DNA of 56,004 nt from a virus (lineage: Duplodnaviria > Heunggongvirae > Uroviricota > Caudoviricetes), in IMG/VR virus record IMGVR_UViG_2744054632_000003. The stretch is one strand, 5' to 3'. The position numbers were made by a program, and so were the translations under genes. Positions 10,637 to 21,127 of the stretch are shown one piece after another. The notes under the pieces are model-generated. The model did no database searches and was not told the origin of the DNA. It worked only from the letters and a program-made list of their open reading frames with translations. Positions within the stretch are counted from its first letter, which is position 1. Each line of letters begins with the position of its first letter.

Positions 10637-11335
10637 TTACTGCGAAAGTTTGTTAATGGAAAGGAAGCCGCCAAAGTTGCCGACGTTATTGCGGAACTTA
10701 CAACCGCTCAGGCATTTGCTGCATTTATCCTTCGTGATATCGGACGTTGGCTGGTCATATTCATCCGCGACCGCCGGACCGTGATAACCGCACTCATCGC
10801 CGCGATAGATCCAGGTGCAGGTGTTGGCCAGCATGATACGTCCCGGAAAAACAGCGCCGTCCGTTTCCGTCGGCGTGGACAGTACAAAGGAGGCACTGAC
10901 CGCGCTCAGTTCGCTGCACTGCTCAATGCGCCAGCGGCTGATCACCTCCTGCTCCGAATCGGCGTCTCTGTTTCCGTTGACGAAGTTCACCGCATCCAGA
11001 AAACGGGCGTAAACCTTACGCCTGACCACCGTTCCGCCGACCAGACTCTGCAGATCTTCCGCCATCCCGGTGACCATGCCGTACAGGTTAGAAACCGTCA
11101 GCGTGGGGCGCGTACTGGTGCCTTTGCCATTCAGTTCAAAACCACTCCCCTGAATGGGATACGCCTGATACTGCCGCCCCTGCCAGGTGACCGGCTCACC
11201 TTTTTCGTTCTGCTCATTACAGAAAAAATAACGTTCTCCACCAACCTCTGTCAGATCGATTTCCCAGAGCACCACGCTGGCCGACTGCTCCGCACGGGTG
11301 CATTCATTCAGTGTTTCCTGCCGGATATCCTGCAT
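10637..11335 (-). CDS. L: tail tip assembly protein L
   Basis: MQDIRQETLNECTRAEQSASVVLWEIDLTEVGGERYFFCNEQN matches lambda L. Confidence 0.9.
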   Translation of the reverse strand: MQDIRQETLNECTRAEQSASVVLWEIDLTEVGGERYFFCNEQNEKGEPVTWQGRQYQAYPIQGSGFELNGKGTSTRPTLTVSNLYGMVTGMAEDLQSLVGGTVVRRKVYARFLDAVNFVNGNRDADSEQEVISRWRIEQCSELSAVSASFVLSTPTETDGAVFPGRIMLANTCTWIYRGDECGYHGPAVADEYDQPTSDITKDKCSKCLSGCKFRNNVGNFGGFLSINKLSQ

Positions 11336-11664
11336 CAGTTCACCACCTGTTTAAACTCTGCGCTGAACTCAACACGCAACATACTGACCTGCGACGACCA
11401 TTTTGCGCAGGTCACCTTTATCTGCCTGTAACCATAAGGCGGCGTCCACAGAAAGGCCTTCCAGCCCCCGTGCTCAGCCAGAAACGACTCCAGCGCCGTG
11501 GCCTCCTCACGGGAGACAGACAGCGTCACGCTGTACGTTTTCAGGTCAGCGTTCAGCCCGGCAGGCGCACGCTGGGAATAGCCATCACCAAAGCGCACCT
11601 CCCTGACGGAAGGAGCCGATGTCACATCCATACCGGGTTTCACTTTCCAGCGGAAGGTCTTCAT
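11335..11664 (-). CDS. M: tail tip protein M
   Basis: MKTFRWKVKPGMDVTSAPSVREVRFGDGYSQRAP matches lambda M. Confidence 0.9.
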   Translation of the reverse strand: MKTFRWKVKPGMDVTSAPSVREVRFGDGYSQRAPAGLNADLKTYSVTLSVSREEATALESFLAEHGGWKAFLWTPPYGYRQIKVTCAKWSSQVSMLRVEFSAEFKQVVN

Positions 11665-14221
11665 CGTCCACCTCCGGAGAACAGGCCACCATCACGCATC
11701 TGTGTCTGAATTTCATCACGGGCACCCTTGCGGGCCATGTCATACACCGCCTTCAGAGCGGCCGGACCTATCTGCCCGTTCGTGCCGTCGTTGTTAATCA
11801 CCACATGGTTATTCTGCTCAAACGTCCCGGACGCCTGCGACCGGCTGTCTGCCATGCTGCCCGGTGTACCGACATAACCGCCGGTGGCATAGCCGCGCAT
11901 CAGCCGGTAAAGATTCCCCACGCCAATCCGGCTGGTTGCCTCCTTCGTGAAGACAAACTCACCACGGTGAACAATCCCCGCTGGCTCATATTTGCCGCCG
12001 GTTCCCGTAAATCCTCCGGTTGCAAAATGGAATTTCGCCGCAGCGGCCTGAATGGCTGTACCGCCTGACGCGGATGCGCCGCCACCAACAGCCCCGCCAA
12101 TGGCGCTGCCGATACTCCCGACAATCCCCACCATTGCCTGCTTAAGCAGAATTTCTGTCATCATGGACAGCACGGAACGGGTGAAGCTGCGCCAGTTCTG
12201 CTCACTGCCGGTCAGCATCGCCGCCATATTCTGTGCAATACCATCAAAGGTCTGCGTGGCTGCACTTTTTACCTGCGACATACTGTCCGTGGCGCTCTCT
12301 TCCCACTCACTCCAGCCGGACTTCAGGCCTGCCATCCAGTTCCCGCGAAGCTGGTCTTCAGCCGCCCAGGTCTTTTTCTGCTCTGACATGACGTTATTCA
12401 GCGCCAGCGGATTATCGCCATACTGTTCCTTCAGGCGCTGTTCCGTGGCTTCCCGTTCTGCCTGCCGGTCAGTCAGCCCCCGGCTTTTCGCATCAATGGC
12501 GGCCCGTTTTGCCCGTTGCTGCTGTGCGAATTTATCCGCCTGCTGCGCCAGCGCGTTCAGGCGCTCCTGATACGTAACCTTGTCGCCAAGCGCAGCCAGC
12601 TGGCGTTTGTACTCCAGCGTCTCATCTTTATGCGCCAGCAGGGATTTCTCCTGTGCAGACAGCTGGCGACGTTGCGCCGCCTCCTCCAGTACCGCGAACT
12701 GACTCTCCGCCTTCCACAAATCCCGGCGCTGCTGGCTGATTTTCTCATTTGCTCCGGCATGCTTCTCCAGCGTCCGGAGTTCTGCCTGAAGCGTCAGCAG
12801 AGCAGCATGAGCACTGTCTTCCTGACGATCGCCCGCAGACACCTTCACGCCGGACTGTTTCGGCTTTTTCAGCGTCGCTTCATAATCCTTTTTCGCCGCC
12901 GCCATCAGCGTGTTGTAATCCGCCTGCAGGATTTTCCCGTCTTTCAGTGCCTTGTTCAGTTCTTCCTGACGGGCGGTATATTTCTCCAGCGGCGTCTGCA
13001 GCCGTTCGTAAGCCTTCTGCGCCTCTTCGGTATATTTCAGCCGTGACGCTTCGGTATCGCTCTGCTGCTGCGCATTTTTGTCCTGTTGAGTCTGCTGCTC
13101 AGCCTTCTTTCGGGCGGCTTCAAGCGCAAGACGGGCCTTTTCACGGTCATCCCAGTAACGCGCCCGCGCTTCATCGTTAACAAAATAATCATCCTTGCGC
13201 AGATTCCAGATGTCGTCTGCTTTCTTAAACGCAGCCTCTGCCTTAATCAGCATCTCCTGCGCGGTATCAGGACGACCAATATCCAGCACCGCATCCCACA
13301 TGGATTTGAATGCCCGCGCAGTCCTGTCTGCCCAGGTCTCCAGCGTGCCCATGTTCTCTTTCAGGCGGCGGGTCTGGTCATCAAACCCTTTCGTTGCGGC
13401 CTCGTTCGCCGCCTGCAATGCCCCGGCTTCATCGCCGGAACGCTGCAACTGAGCAACATACGCAATCTGCTCCGCCGTCACGTTATGGAACTGGCGTGCC
13501 ATCGCCGTCAGCCCCGACGTCGGTCTGTGGTCAGCTTCCCGAAGGCTTCAGCGACCTTGTCCACCTCCACGCTGGATGCAGAGGAGAAACGCGCCACACT
13601 CTGGCTGATGGACGCAATCTGAGCCTCACCGCTTACCCCCGCCTTAACCAGTGCGCTGAGTGACTCGCTGGTCTGGTCAAACGTCAGCCCTGCCGCCTGC
13701 CCGGCTCTGGACAGGACCAGCATGCGATCTGCCGTCAGCCCCGACTGATTGCCGGAAAGGACCAGCGTTTTGTTGAAATCGGACAGGGTTGAGTTGCCCT
13801 GATACCAGGCATACGCCAGCGCACCGGTCGCCACCGCCAGCGAGGTGGCCCCGACCATCGGCAGGGTGAGCGCACCGGCAAGCCCCCTGAACATGGGGAT
13901 CATCCCGCCGAAGGAGTCCTTCACCTGACCACCCTGTTGCAGCAGGATCAGCCACGGACTTTGCCCGCCTGCAAGCTGCGTGGCCACGTCAGTGAACTGC
14001 GCAGGCAGCATACGCATGGCAGCTTTATACTGCCCAACGGAAATCCCCGCTTTCTGTGCAGCCAGCGCCTGTCGGCTCAGCGACTGTTCAACGACTGCCG
14101 CTGTTTTTTTCGCATCACTTTCCGTACCGGAAAAATGACGCCTGACTCTGGCCATCTGCTCGTCAAATCTGGCCGCATCCAGACTCAAATCAACGACCAG
14201 ATCGCCTACCGGTTCAGCCAT
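11661..14221 (-). pseudogene. H: tape measure protein H, split into two ORFs by a frameshift near 13503-13510
   Basis: 13508..14221 matches H N-terminus (MAEPVGDLVVDLSLDAARFDEQ...KLTTD) then reads RRRG-stop; 11661..13502 continues H (MARQFHNV...); junction gaccgacgtcgg versus lambda gacccgacgtcgg (recalled). Confidence 0.8.
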
Positions 14222-14654
14222 ACCGGACTCCTCCTGCGATCCCTTCTGATACTGTCATCAGCATTACGTCATCCTCCGTCATGTCCGCCACATCCGTGGA
14301 AGTAGGGATAACTTCATTCCCGTCCGGGCCAAAGCGGACACCTCCGGCAAGCCCTGCCGCTTTCTGCATCAGCACATCATCTTCAGGCTCTTCGTCAGCC
14401 TCGCGCCGGTTCAGCAGACTGAAATCCAGCGGATGCATATCCGGATCGCTGAAAAACAGGCTGAGCACGGTGTACGTCAGCCCGGAAAAGTGCATATCCA
14501 GCAGAACATCATGAAAATAATGGGTACTGTAAAAGCGGTGCCAGTCGGCATACTCCGTGGATGACATCCCGGCAAGCATGGCACGCCAGTCGGGTCGCCC
14601 CATCTCACGCGCCAGTTTCAGGGCAAAACTCAGCTCACCGTCGAACGCTTTCCC
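14214..14654 (-). CDS. T: T segment of the G-T tail assembly chaperone (-1 frame extension of G)
   Basis: ORF in -1 frame relative to G, beginning at the slippery heptamer near the end of G. Confidence 0.7.
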   Translation of the reverse strand, partial: GKAFDGELSFALKLAREMGRPDWRAMLAGMSSTEYADWHRFYSTHYFHDVLLDMHFSGLTYTVLSLFFSDPDMHPLDFSLLNRREADEEPEDDVLMQKAAGLAGGVRFGPDGNEVIPTSTDVADMTEDDVMLMTVSEGIAGGVRYG

Positions 14655-15052
14655 GCAGAAACAGGCTCTGCAGGCCCGGAGTCCTCTGCCTGTTCAGGGG
14701 CATCATTCACCACAAACTCATACATACCGGACAGCCGGTACACCACGTTTTCAGCATGAGAAATTGCCTCCGTGGGCCAGGTGGTAAGCACTTCCTGCTC
14801 AATCTGTTTAACGGCTTCATTCATGGAAGGCAGCTTTGTCTTCTGCGGATGGTTATGCCACAGGGACATCGCCACCACAAAAGCACCGGTTCTGATGGCG
14901 TCTTCCACAGTAAACTTCCGGTTGCTGTCTGACTCCGCCTGTTCTGCCTGCCGTTTCATCAGGGCGAGATGCTCAATACGCTGCAGGGCTGACAGTTCAG
15001 AAAGCGTGACGGTCACACCGTTATGTTCAAATGATTCGGTTTTCAGGAACAT
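14630..15052 (-). CDS. G: tail assembly chaperone G
   Basis: MFLKTESFEHNGVTVTLSELSALQRIEHLALMKRQAEQ matches lambda G; 140 aa. Confidence 0.9.
   Translation of the reverse strand: MFLKTESFEHNGVTVTLSELSALQRIEHLALMKRQAEQAESDSNRKFTVEDAIRTGAFVVAMSLWHNHPQKTKLPSMNEAVKQIEQEVLTTWPTEAISHAENVVYRLSGMYEFVVNDAPEQAEDSGPAEPVSAGKRSTVS
14648..14654 (-). promoter_or_regulatory. programmed -1 ribosomal frameshift slippery site GGGAAAG
   Basis: Minus-strand G GGA AAG in the G frame at codons 134-135 (plus strand CTTTCCC). Confidence 0.7.
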
Positions 15053-15067
15053 CGCTGACTCTCCGGA

Positions 15068-15808
15068 TTAACTGGCGGTGACGTTGATTTCTGCAACCGC
15101 AGCAAGTTCACCATTACCGGATACGACCGGAATGTTGACCTTGCCTGCAGCAACACCTTTCACGGTGATGGTCATACCACTGACCGACACGGTGGCTTTT
15201 GTTTTATCCGCAGACACCGCACGGAAGCTCTTGTCGGTTGCGCCTTCCGGCTGGAATGCCACGGTCAGCGTCGTGCTCTTCCCTTTCACCACCGAGGTGC
15301 TGGCAGGCGTCACGGTCATGCCGGTTGCCGCTGTTACCGTGCTGCGATCTTCTGCCATCGACGGACGTCCCACATTGGTGACTTTCACCGTGCGGGTGAT
15401 CACTTCCTTCGCCGTCACCGCCTTACCGATACTGCTGACCCAGCCGCGGAACACATCGATCGTGCCGTTCGGGAAGCGGATTTTATAGGCACGGGTATCA
15501 CCTTCATTAAACCACGCCAGCAGCGCCTGCTGCCCCTGCTCTCCGGGCATCCACGCCAGCGTGAAGCTGGTATCTCCGGCAGATTTCTGCCCCTGTCCGG
15601 TCGCGGTCCAGTCCGCATCTTCATCATCGAGATAACTGTCGTCATAGGACTCAGCGGTCAGTTCGCCGGGCGTCAGGTCTTTAACCTTTGCCAGACGCGA
15701 CCAGTCATTGTCTGAAAGCGGGTTTGCATAAGGGTCGCCGCTCCCGTTATAAACCCACAGTGTGGTCCCGGCCCCTTTCACCGGTGCCAGAGGATTTGGT
15801 GTTGGCAT
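15068..15808 (-). CDS. V: major tail protein V
   Basis: [33 protein letters not shown] matches lambda V; start taken at MPTPNP. Confidence 0.9.
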   Translation of the reverse strand: MPTPNPLAPVKGAGTTLWVYNGSGDPYANPLSDNDWSRLAKVKDLTPGELTAESYDDSYLDDEDADWTATGQGQKSAGDTSFTLAWMPGEQGQQALLAWFNEGDTRAYKIRFPNGTIDVFRGWVSSIGKAVTAKEVITRTVKVTNVGRPSMAEDRSTVTAATGMTVTPASTSVVKGKSTTLTVAFQPEGATDKSFRAVSADKTKATVSVSGMTITVKGVAAGKVNIPVVSGNGELAAVAEINVTAS

Positions 15809-15815
15809 ATCGTCC

Positions 15816-16211
15816 TCACATTTCATAGGTAATGACATAAGTCAGATCGGCTGAACTCCACAGGCCCGCATCATCGTCGCGCCGGTAGTCATAGCCACTG
15901 GCCACCATACTGGTGATCAAATCTGACAGTGCCGGGATATCGCTCATCACCGGATAAATCCGGGACTCCATCCACGAATCCAGCTCTGAATCCGGCACCT
16001 GAGCAGGCAGGAAAACTTCAATATGCAGCTCCGCCTGCCAGGTATCGCTGTCCAGCTCTTCGCCCGTGTATTCAGCGCCGGTGAGATAAACGGCAATTGC
16101 CGGAAAATCTTCCTCATCAAAAACAGCAGGGCGACCATCAAAAAGCGTCGCCCCGGTGTCATGCTTCTCCAGTGCATCCAGTACGGCTGCACGGAGTTCA
16201 GTATGTTTCAT
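15816..16211 (-). CDS. U: tail terminator protein U
   Basis: [45 protein letters not shown] matches lambda U. Confidence 0.9.
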   Translation of the reverse strand: MKHTELRAAVLDALEKHDTGATLFDGRPAVFDEEDFPAIAVYLTGAEYTGEELDSDTWQAELHIEVFLPAQVPDSELDSWMESRIYPVMSDIPALSDLITSMVASGYDYRRDDDAGLWSSADLTYVITYEM

Positions 16212-16786
16212 CGCTTTATTACCATTCTCAGTTGATGCTGCAGCGCATAGCCCAGCTCTTTCGGAAGACGCTCACGCCGTATCCGCTCAATATTCTGTTT
16301 AAACGCCGTGGTCAGCGGCACCGCCATCGGGATTTTCACCACATCAATGGGGTAACGGTTTTTCCCGGCCACACGCTGCATGACATGCCACCGGCCATTT
16401 TTCAGTTGCTGAATAAACGCGCCGGGAATACGACGGTTTCCCACCACAAGCACGCTGCCGCCACCTTTCAGGGATGAACGCTGCCCCTTTTTACGACGCC
16501 TGCGTCGGGACAGGACAACCCGCGCGTTACCCAGCCTGATTACGGGCAAATCCCCCCGGTTAACCTTGATTCTGGCCTGCGGATTTTTGACCGTGGCCCT
16601 TTTCAGCCTGGCCCTTTCCTTTACCAGTTTCCGGCGTACCTTTGTCTCACGGGCAACCTGTGACGCCGACTGCGATATCGCGGATGAAGCAACGCGGTTA
16701 ATGGCCATTGCGGCGGCACCGGGCACCGCCGTTCTGCTGATACGGCTGAGGTTTTCAACGGCCTGCTCAAGACCTTTTATGGCCAT
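16208..16786 (-). CDS. Z: tail completion protein Z
   Basis: MAIKGLEQAVENLSRISRTAVPGAAAMAINRVASS matches lambda Z. Confidence 0.9.
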   Translation of the reverse strand: MAIKGLEQAVENLSRISRTAVPGAAAMAINRVASSAISQSASQVARETKVRRKLVKERARLKRATVKNPQARIKVNRGDLPVIRLGNARVVLSRRRRRKKGQRSSLKGGGSVLVVGNRRIPGAFIQQLKNGRWHVMQRVAGKNRYPIDVVKIPMAVPLTTAFKQNIERIRRERLPKELGYALQHQLRMVIKR

Positions 16787-16797
16787 ACATCCCCCTT

Positions 16798-17151
16798 TCA
16801 GCGGCGACGGTTAACGGCAGGCGGTACGCCCCGCCCAAGCCAGAGATGACAGCTTCCGCCATCATCCGGCGAAATCCGGTCTATCCAGAAGTTTTCCTCA
16901 CCGATGGTCAGCGTGTCGCCGCGCCGCAGCTGCCGCACATCATCAGTCCGGACAAACAGGGACGGGCTGGAGCCTTCAACGCGCACGCCCTGTCCGGCAT
17001 AGCTGATATTTTCAGGGTCATCAAAAACACCACGTATCACAGCACCGGACTGCTCACCGGATGTCATGGTGGCTGACGTTCCCATGTACCCGCGTATCGT
17101 TTCATCGGCGCGGGCAATGGCAGCATCGAACAGGTTATCGAAATCAGCCAC
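16798..17151 (-). CDS. FII: head-tail joining protein FII
   Basis: MADFDNLFDAAIARADETIRGYMGTSA matches lambda FII. Confidence 0.9.
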   Translation of the reverse strand: MADFDNLFDAAIARADETIRGYMGTSATMTSGEQSGAVIRGVFDDPENISYAGQGVRVEGSSPSLFVRTDDVRQLRRGDTLTIGEENFWIDRISPDDGGSCHLWLGRGVPPAVNRRR

Positions 17152-17162
17152 AGCGCCTCCCG

Positions 17163-17561
17163 TTATTGCATTCTGGCCAGGCCGCGCTCTGTCATTTCAG
17201 CTGCCACACCGGCAGAGACACGGAACGCCGTTCCCGGCAGCACAAATGCCACAGGTTCATCCCGCGTGGCGTGAAGTGCATCAGTATGCAGCGTCACCAG
17301 TGCCACAACCGTGACCAGTTCAGCCGTATCCTGAATCACGGTATCCGGCTGCGCTGATACCACCTCATTTTCATGCCCGGTCAGCACATTTTCCCGGCTG
17401 AGAGGGGTGTCCTGACCGGCAGTTTCATCCGTGTCATCAAGCTCTTCTTCCAGCTCTGCCACACGAAGCGCCAGTTCTTCTTTCGTTCCCGTCAAACTGA
17501 CATCGCGGTTCAGTTGCTCACCCAGCTCCTGAAGACGGGCAATCAGTTCATCTTTCGTCAT
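17163..17561 (-). CDS. FI: DNA packaging protein FI
   Basis: MTKDELIARLQELGEQLNRDVSLTGTKEELALRVAELEEELDDTDETAGQDTPLSRENVL matches lambda FI; start at MTKDEL. Confidence 0.85.
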   Translation of the reverse strand: MTKDELIARLQELGEQLNRDVSLTGTKEELALRVAELEEELDDTDETAGQDTPLSRENVLTGHENEVVSAQPDTVIQDTAELVTVVALVTLHTDALHATRDEPVAFVLPGTAFRVSAGVAAEMTERGLARMQ

Positions 17562-17602
17562 GAACTCCTCCACAGAGAGAAAATGGCCCCGAAGGGCCAT
17601 GA

Positions 17603-18379
17603 TTACGCCAGTTGTACAGACACGAACTCATCAGGATCAGCCAGCAGCATCAGCGGTGCTGACTGAATCATGGTGAACTCACGCGCCGGATCGCCGGTGG
17701 TCACCCAGTTTTTCGGGTAACGGGCAGAGGCGTTAATGCCTTCGCGCTGTGCGTCCGCATCCTGAATGCAGCCATAGGTGCGCAGACCGCGTGCCTGAGT
17801 GTTCCCCAGCACCATCGTGTTGTCCGGCAGGAAGTTCTTTTTGACGCCGTTTTCCACGTACTGTCCGGAATACACGACGATGGCCACATCGCCATACATC
17901 CCCTTGTAGGACACCGCTTTGCCCAGGTCTTTCACCGCTGTCTCCAGCTCGGAATGAGAGCCGCGACGAGTATCCAGCTTCTCCTTGACGGCTTTGAAGG
18001 AACGGAACAGCGCCCAGCCTTTCGGATCAAACACGATGATATTCACCACTCCGCTGGCGTTCAGCGCGTAGGCTTCGATATCGTCGGTCGGGTCATACGT
18101 GGACTTGTCACGCTTGCTCCACTCCGTGCCGCCGGACTGCGTGATGTTGTTGGCCGCACTGCGGCCCATATCCACCTCAACCGGATCGAAAGCTTCACCG
18201 GTCATGGTGTATTTGCCCTTAAGCACGGCAGAAACTGCCTGCATCTCTTCGACCTGGGCAATGGCCAGCTCTTCGTCACGCATGTTCTGCATAATGATGC
18301 GACGGCGGCGGTAAGCCGGGTCCGCCAGATTCTGCGGATCTTCATCCGGCAGGCGACGCAGGGTCATCTGCGGATTCAC
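17603..18379 (-). pseudogene. E: major capsid protein E, C-terminal ~260 codons, separated from its N-terminal part by the island
   Basis: VNPQMTLRRLPDEDPQNLADPAYRRRRIIMQNMRDEEL...EFVSVQLA matches lambda E residues ~83-341; frame has a stop immediately upstream. Confidence 0.9.
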
Positions 18380-18520
18380 CTCATGCTTCGGCTACATGAG
18401 TCAAATATGAAAGGATCTGAATGATTTTTAATGAAATAAATGGCTCTCTCTATCAAAATACAGCTAAAAAGCAATACACGTAGCAATACAGCGCTTCGCA
18501 AAGGTATGTCACTATATCTA

Positions 18521-19486
18521 CTAGTGCCAACCAGAATACGAATATCTTTGCTTTGCTTCTTCTGGGCTCATACCCACTAGTAAAGATACTAATTCAAAGT
18601 CAGGTTGTGGAATTGGAATCAATGCAGCCAAATATGCTGGCTTATTGAGAACAATTGTTGATAATCTAGCTTTATTCACCTTAGATAACTCAATATTACT
18701 TTCCGCTACCTTCGGGAATTCCATAATAAATGAATCAATTTCCCTTATGAGATAATCGATCAACGCCACTATACTTTCTGTCAAATCAATATATTTTGAC
18801 AACTCACTAGCATCAATTTCTTTCTTTATTTCATCCAATTTAATTTCAAACACTGGCTTGTCTTTACTGGCAATATTAGACAAACGTTTCTTTAAATCTG
18901 AATCAAGCTGATTCCTGACAATTAAACTTTTCAAAACAAAATTATAATTAAACAAAAAAGCATCAATTCGAGCAATATTCCTCCATGAGTTTCCAATTTC
19001 TTCATCTGACGGCATAATAAGTTCATGTTTTAGTATCTTGTACTTAATAAAAAAAACAAACCTCTCAAATAGAGTTTTATTAGCTGTGGGTATCTTTTTT
19101 ATAAATGAAAGACGGCTAATATCGAAATTCACCTCCCCGGCGTTAAATAAAAGTTCATTTATTGCCAGCGCTCTAAATATTGGATTTCTAGATCTCAAAC
19201 CAATATAACTACTTTTAATTGCCACAAGTGTATTTATCATCTGAAAAGAAACCATCATAAGCGTATTAGCAGAATTAAATTTCTCCGTTTCTATTTTAAT
19301 CTTCTCCTGCCTATTATTGATACAATAAGCAGTTAAGCCTCCCATAAGCGCCGATAAAAAAGATAATGCAATAGGGAATACATAATCTTTTGTATAATCA
19401 ACATCTGCTTTCAACATTAGTATTGCTTTAGCAATCAAAACTGCATCAGGGGTCATGTTAGAGCCGTCATTAAAAATTAAACACAA
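18521..19486 (-). CDS. AT-rich membrane-associated protein of unknown function (island cargo; candidate defence gene)
   Basis: Ile/Lys/Asn-rich 321-aa ORF with N-terminal hydrophobic segments; low GC versus flanks; sits at island end next to attL. Confidence 0.5.
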   Translation of the reverse strand: MCLIFNDGSNMTPDAVLIAKAILMLKADVDYTKDYVFPIALSFLSALMGGLTAYCINNRQEKIKIETEKFNSANTLMMVSFQMINTLVAIKSSYIGLRSRNPIFRALAINELLFNAGEVNFDISRLSFIKKIPTANKTLFERFVFFIKYKILKHELIMPSDEEIGNSWRNIARIDAFLFNYNFVLKSLIVRNQLDSDLKKRLSNIASKDKPVFEIKLDEIKKEIDASELSKYIDLTESIVALIDYLIREIDSFIMEFPKVAESNIELSKVNKARLSTIVLNKPAYLAALIPIPQPDFELVSLLVGMSPEEAKQRYSYSGWH

Positions 19487-20149
19487 TACCCATAAAATAT
19501 AACAGCTTATTGTTTAGAAAAGCAATATCATACACTCTATGATAAGCGTAATATCTTACAGGCATGGTGTGTTACGACACTTAATTAAACGTAATTTGCT
19601 AAAATTTTACACACAGAATCACACCAGGCTCTAACTCTCCTTTCATTACAATTGTAAGCATACAATTATCCTACCAGAACTTTATTGTTAAGCTCTCCCT
19701 TTTGAGCCCATCCCATAATGAATTGACGAAAGAACCGTATCTGTGGAGTAATCATTTCTGCGCGGTTCTATGTCGAAGACAAAATATGGTATGCGCATCT
19801 AGTCAGAGGGAAAGCAATTTTTCAGGGAAATATCATCTCTACATGGTTAAAACAACCAGAAGAAGTTATCAAGCAAGTTGGGTATGAAGATTTTCCTATA
19901 ATAGTAACGAAACGGGTTTCACCTGAGCGGTTGTGTTCGATCCGCCACAATACGCATAGGATGCCCTGTAATCCGTATTCTGCTTACTCAACAGCTTACC
20001 AGCAGGACTCGTAAGGCTGTTGCGATAGTGCAGAAGTAGGCCACGACCATAAAGTGAAGCCAGTGGCGCGTTATCGACTACTTTAGTGTAGAGCCTGATT
20101 TCAACGCAAGCGTGAGAGTTTTTTCTGGCGATAGGCCGTGACAAACAGC

Positions 20150-20330
20150 AACAAAATCAGAGAAAGGAAACGGCAGAGGCCAAAAAGCCCGTTTTCAGCG
20201 CCAGTCATTTCCTTTCTTTTCAGGGGGGATTTTAAATAAAAACATAAAGTTACGGCGAAGAAGAACGGAAACGCCTTAAACCGGAAAATTTCCATAAATA
20301 GAGAAAAACTGCGCGCCTGACGCCCCGTAA
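20150..20330. other. island cos site: cosB-like region and divergent cosN
   Basis: About 85 percent identical and colinear with prophage cos region 34950-35130; at the cosN position island has GCCTGACGCCCC where the prophage has AGGTCGCCGCCC. Confidence 0.65.
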
Positions 20331-20381
20331 CGTTCTGGATCGCCGGAAAGGACCCGCCAGCCAGAGCGGGCCCTAATTTCA

Positions 20382-20765
20382 TCAACCAATCAGCTTATAG
20401 CGACCATCCCGTGCATTGCGGCGTACACGCTCAATCTTGAGGCATAGCGCCGCATCTGGCTTTTTTGGGACAGGTACGCGGCAATATTCAGAAGCGCGAG
20501 GAATATTATTTATCCAGTCGATCACTTCACTTAAATACCAGGCCTTACGCCCTTCCGTAACCTGCACACGCTCCGGGAACTCTCCACTAGCCTCAAGGTT
20601 TAGCAGTGTACGACGACTCAGGGTTGTAATTTCCATCACCTGATTCATATCAACAAGGCGCTCGCTTAAACACATTTTGTCAGCGATAGCTTTTAATTCC
20701 TCTACAGCTGGATTCGGGTACATCATTTCGGCAATTGGCTTAAGGTCATTGTAATCATTCTGCAT
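20382..20765 (-). CDS. AlpA-like HTH protein adjacent to island cos (candidate packaging-redirection or regulatory protein)
   Basis: LSRRTLLNLEASGEFPERVQVTEGRKAWYLSEVIDWI resembles the AlpA/excisionase HTH fold; gene ends immediately at the island cos. Confidence 0.5.
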   Translation of the reverse strand: MQNDYNDLKPIAEMMYPNPAVEELKAIADKMCLSERLVDMNQVMEITTLSRRTLLNLEASGEFPERVQVTEGRKAWYLSEVIDWINNIPRASEYCRVPVPKKPDAALCLKIERVRRNARDGRYKLIG

Positions 20766-20776
20766 TGTATCCCCCT

Positions 20777-21118
20777 TTACACACGAGCCAGCGGCTGAAC
20801 AGAAATACCTGAGCCAACAAACGCTGCAACCTTTACTGACAGTTCTTTAACAGACTCAGGCCAGTTCAGAGCATCAACATTTAAGACACCTGTCTTATAG
20901 ACCTGAGCCTGTGTTTTTTTCGCGGTGTCGATTTGTACAGCGGAAACATAAACCGCTTTACCTACGCTCGAACCATCCCATACCACCAGTGCACCTGTTG
21001 CATCTTCCTGCATCAGTGGCGTAAATGCAGGAATTACCCCTTTATTAGCTGAAAATATCCCCAGCGTAGTCACCAGTGCTTCAGTGCCAGCCATGAGTTC
21101 AGTGTAATGAGTAGCCAT
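20777..21118 (-). CDS. head decoration protein D homologue (island-encoded)
   Basis: TPLMQEDATGALVVWDGSSVGKAVYVSAVQ...VYKTGVLNVDALNWPES aligns with lambda [32 protein letters not shown]...[17 protein letters not shown]. Confidence 0.7.
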   Translation of the reverse strand: MATHYTELMAGTEALVTTLGIFSANKGVIPAFTPLMQEDATGALVVWDGSSVGKAVYVSAVQIDTAKKTQAQVYKTGVLNVDALNWPESVKELSVKVAAFVGSGISVQPLARV

Positions 21119-21127
21119 TGCTCCCCC

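Noticed and set aside
10553-11431. 292-aa plus-strand ORF
   Set aside because: Antisense to tail genes K and L, which have strong homology support.
12052-13180. Several plus-strand ORFs of 140-180 aa
   Set aside because: All antisense to tape measure gene H.
19925-19965. tRNA-like T-arm motif (GTGTTCGATCC)
   Set aside because: No acceptor or anticodon stems could be folded around it by eye and there is no CCA-adjacent structure; would need tRNAscan-SE or Aragorn to revisit.
19896-20385. ORFs of 82 and 94 aa on the minus strand
   Set aside because: They overlap the island cos site and its flanking non-coding DNA; sequence conservation there is explained by cos, not coding.
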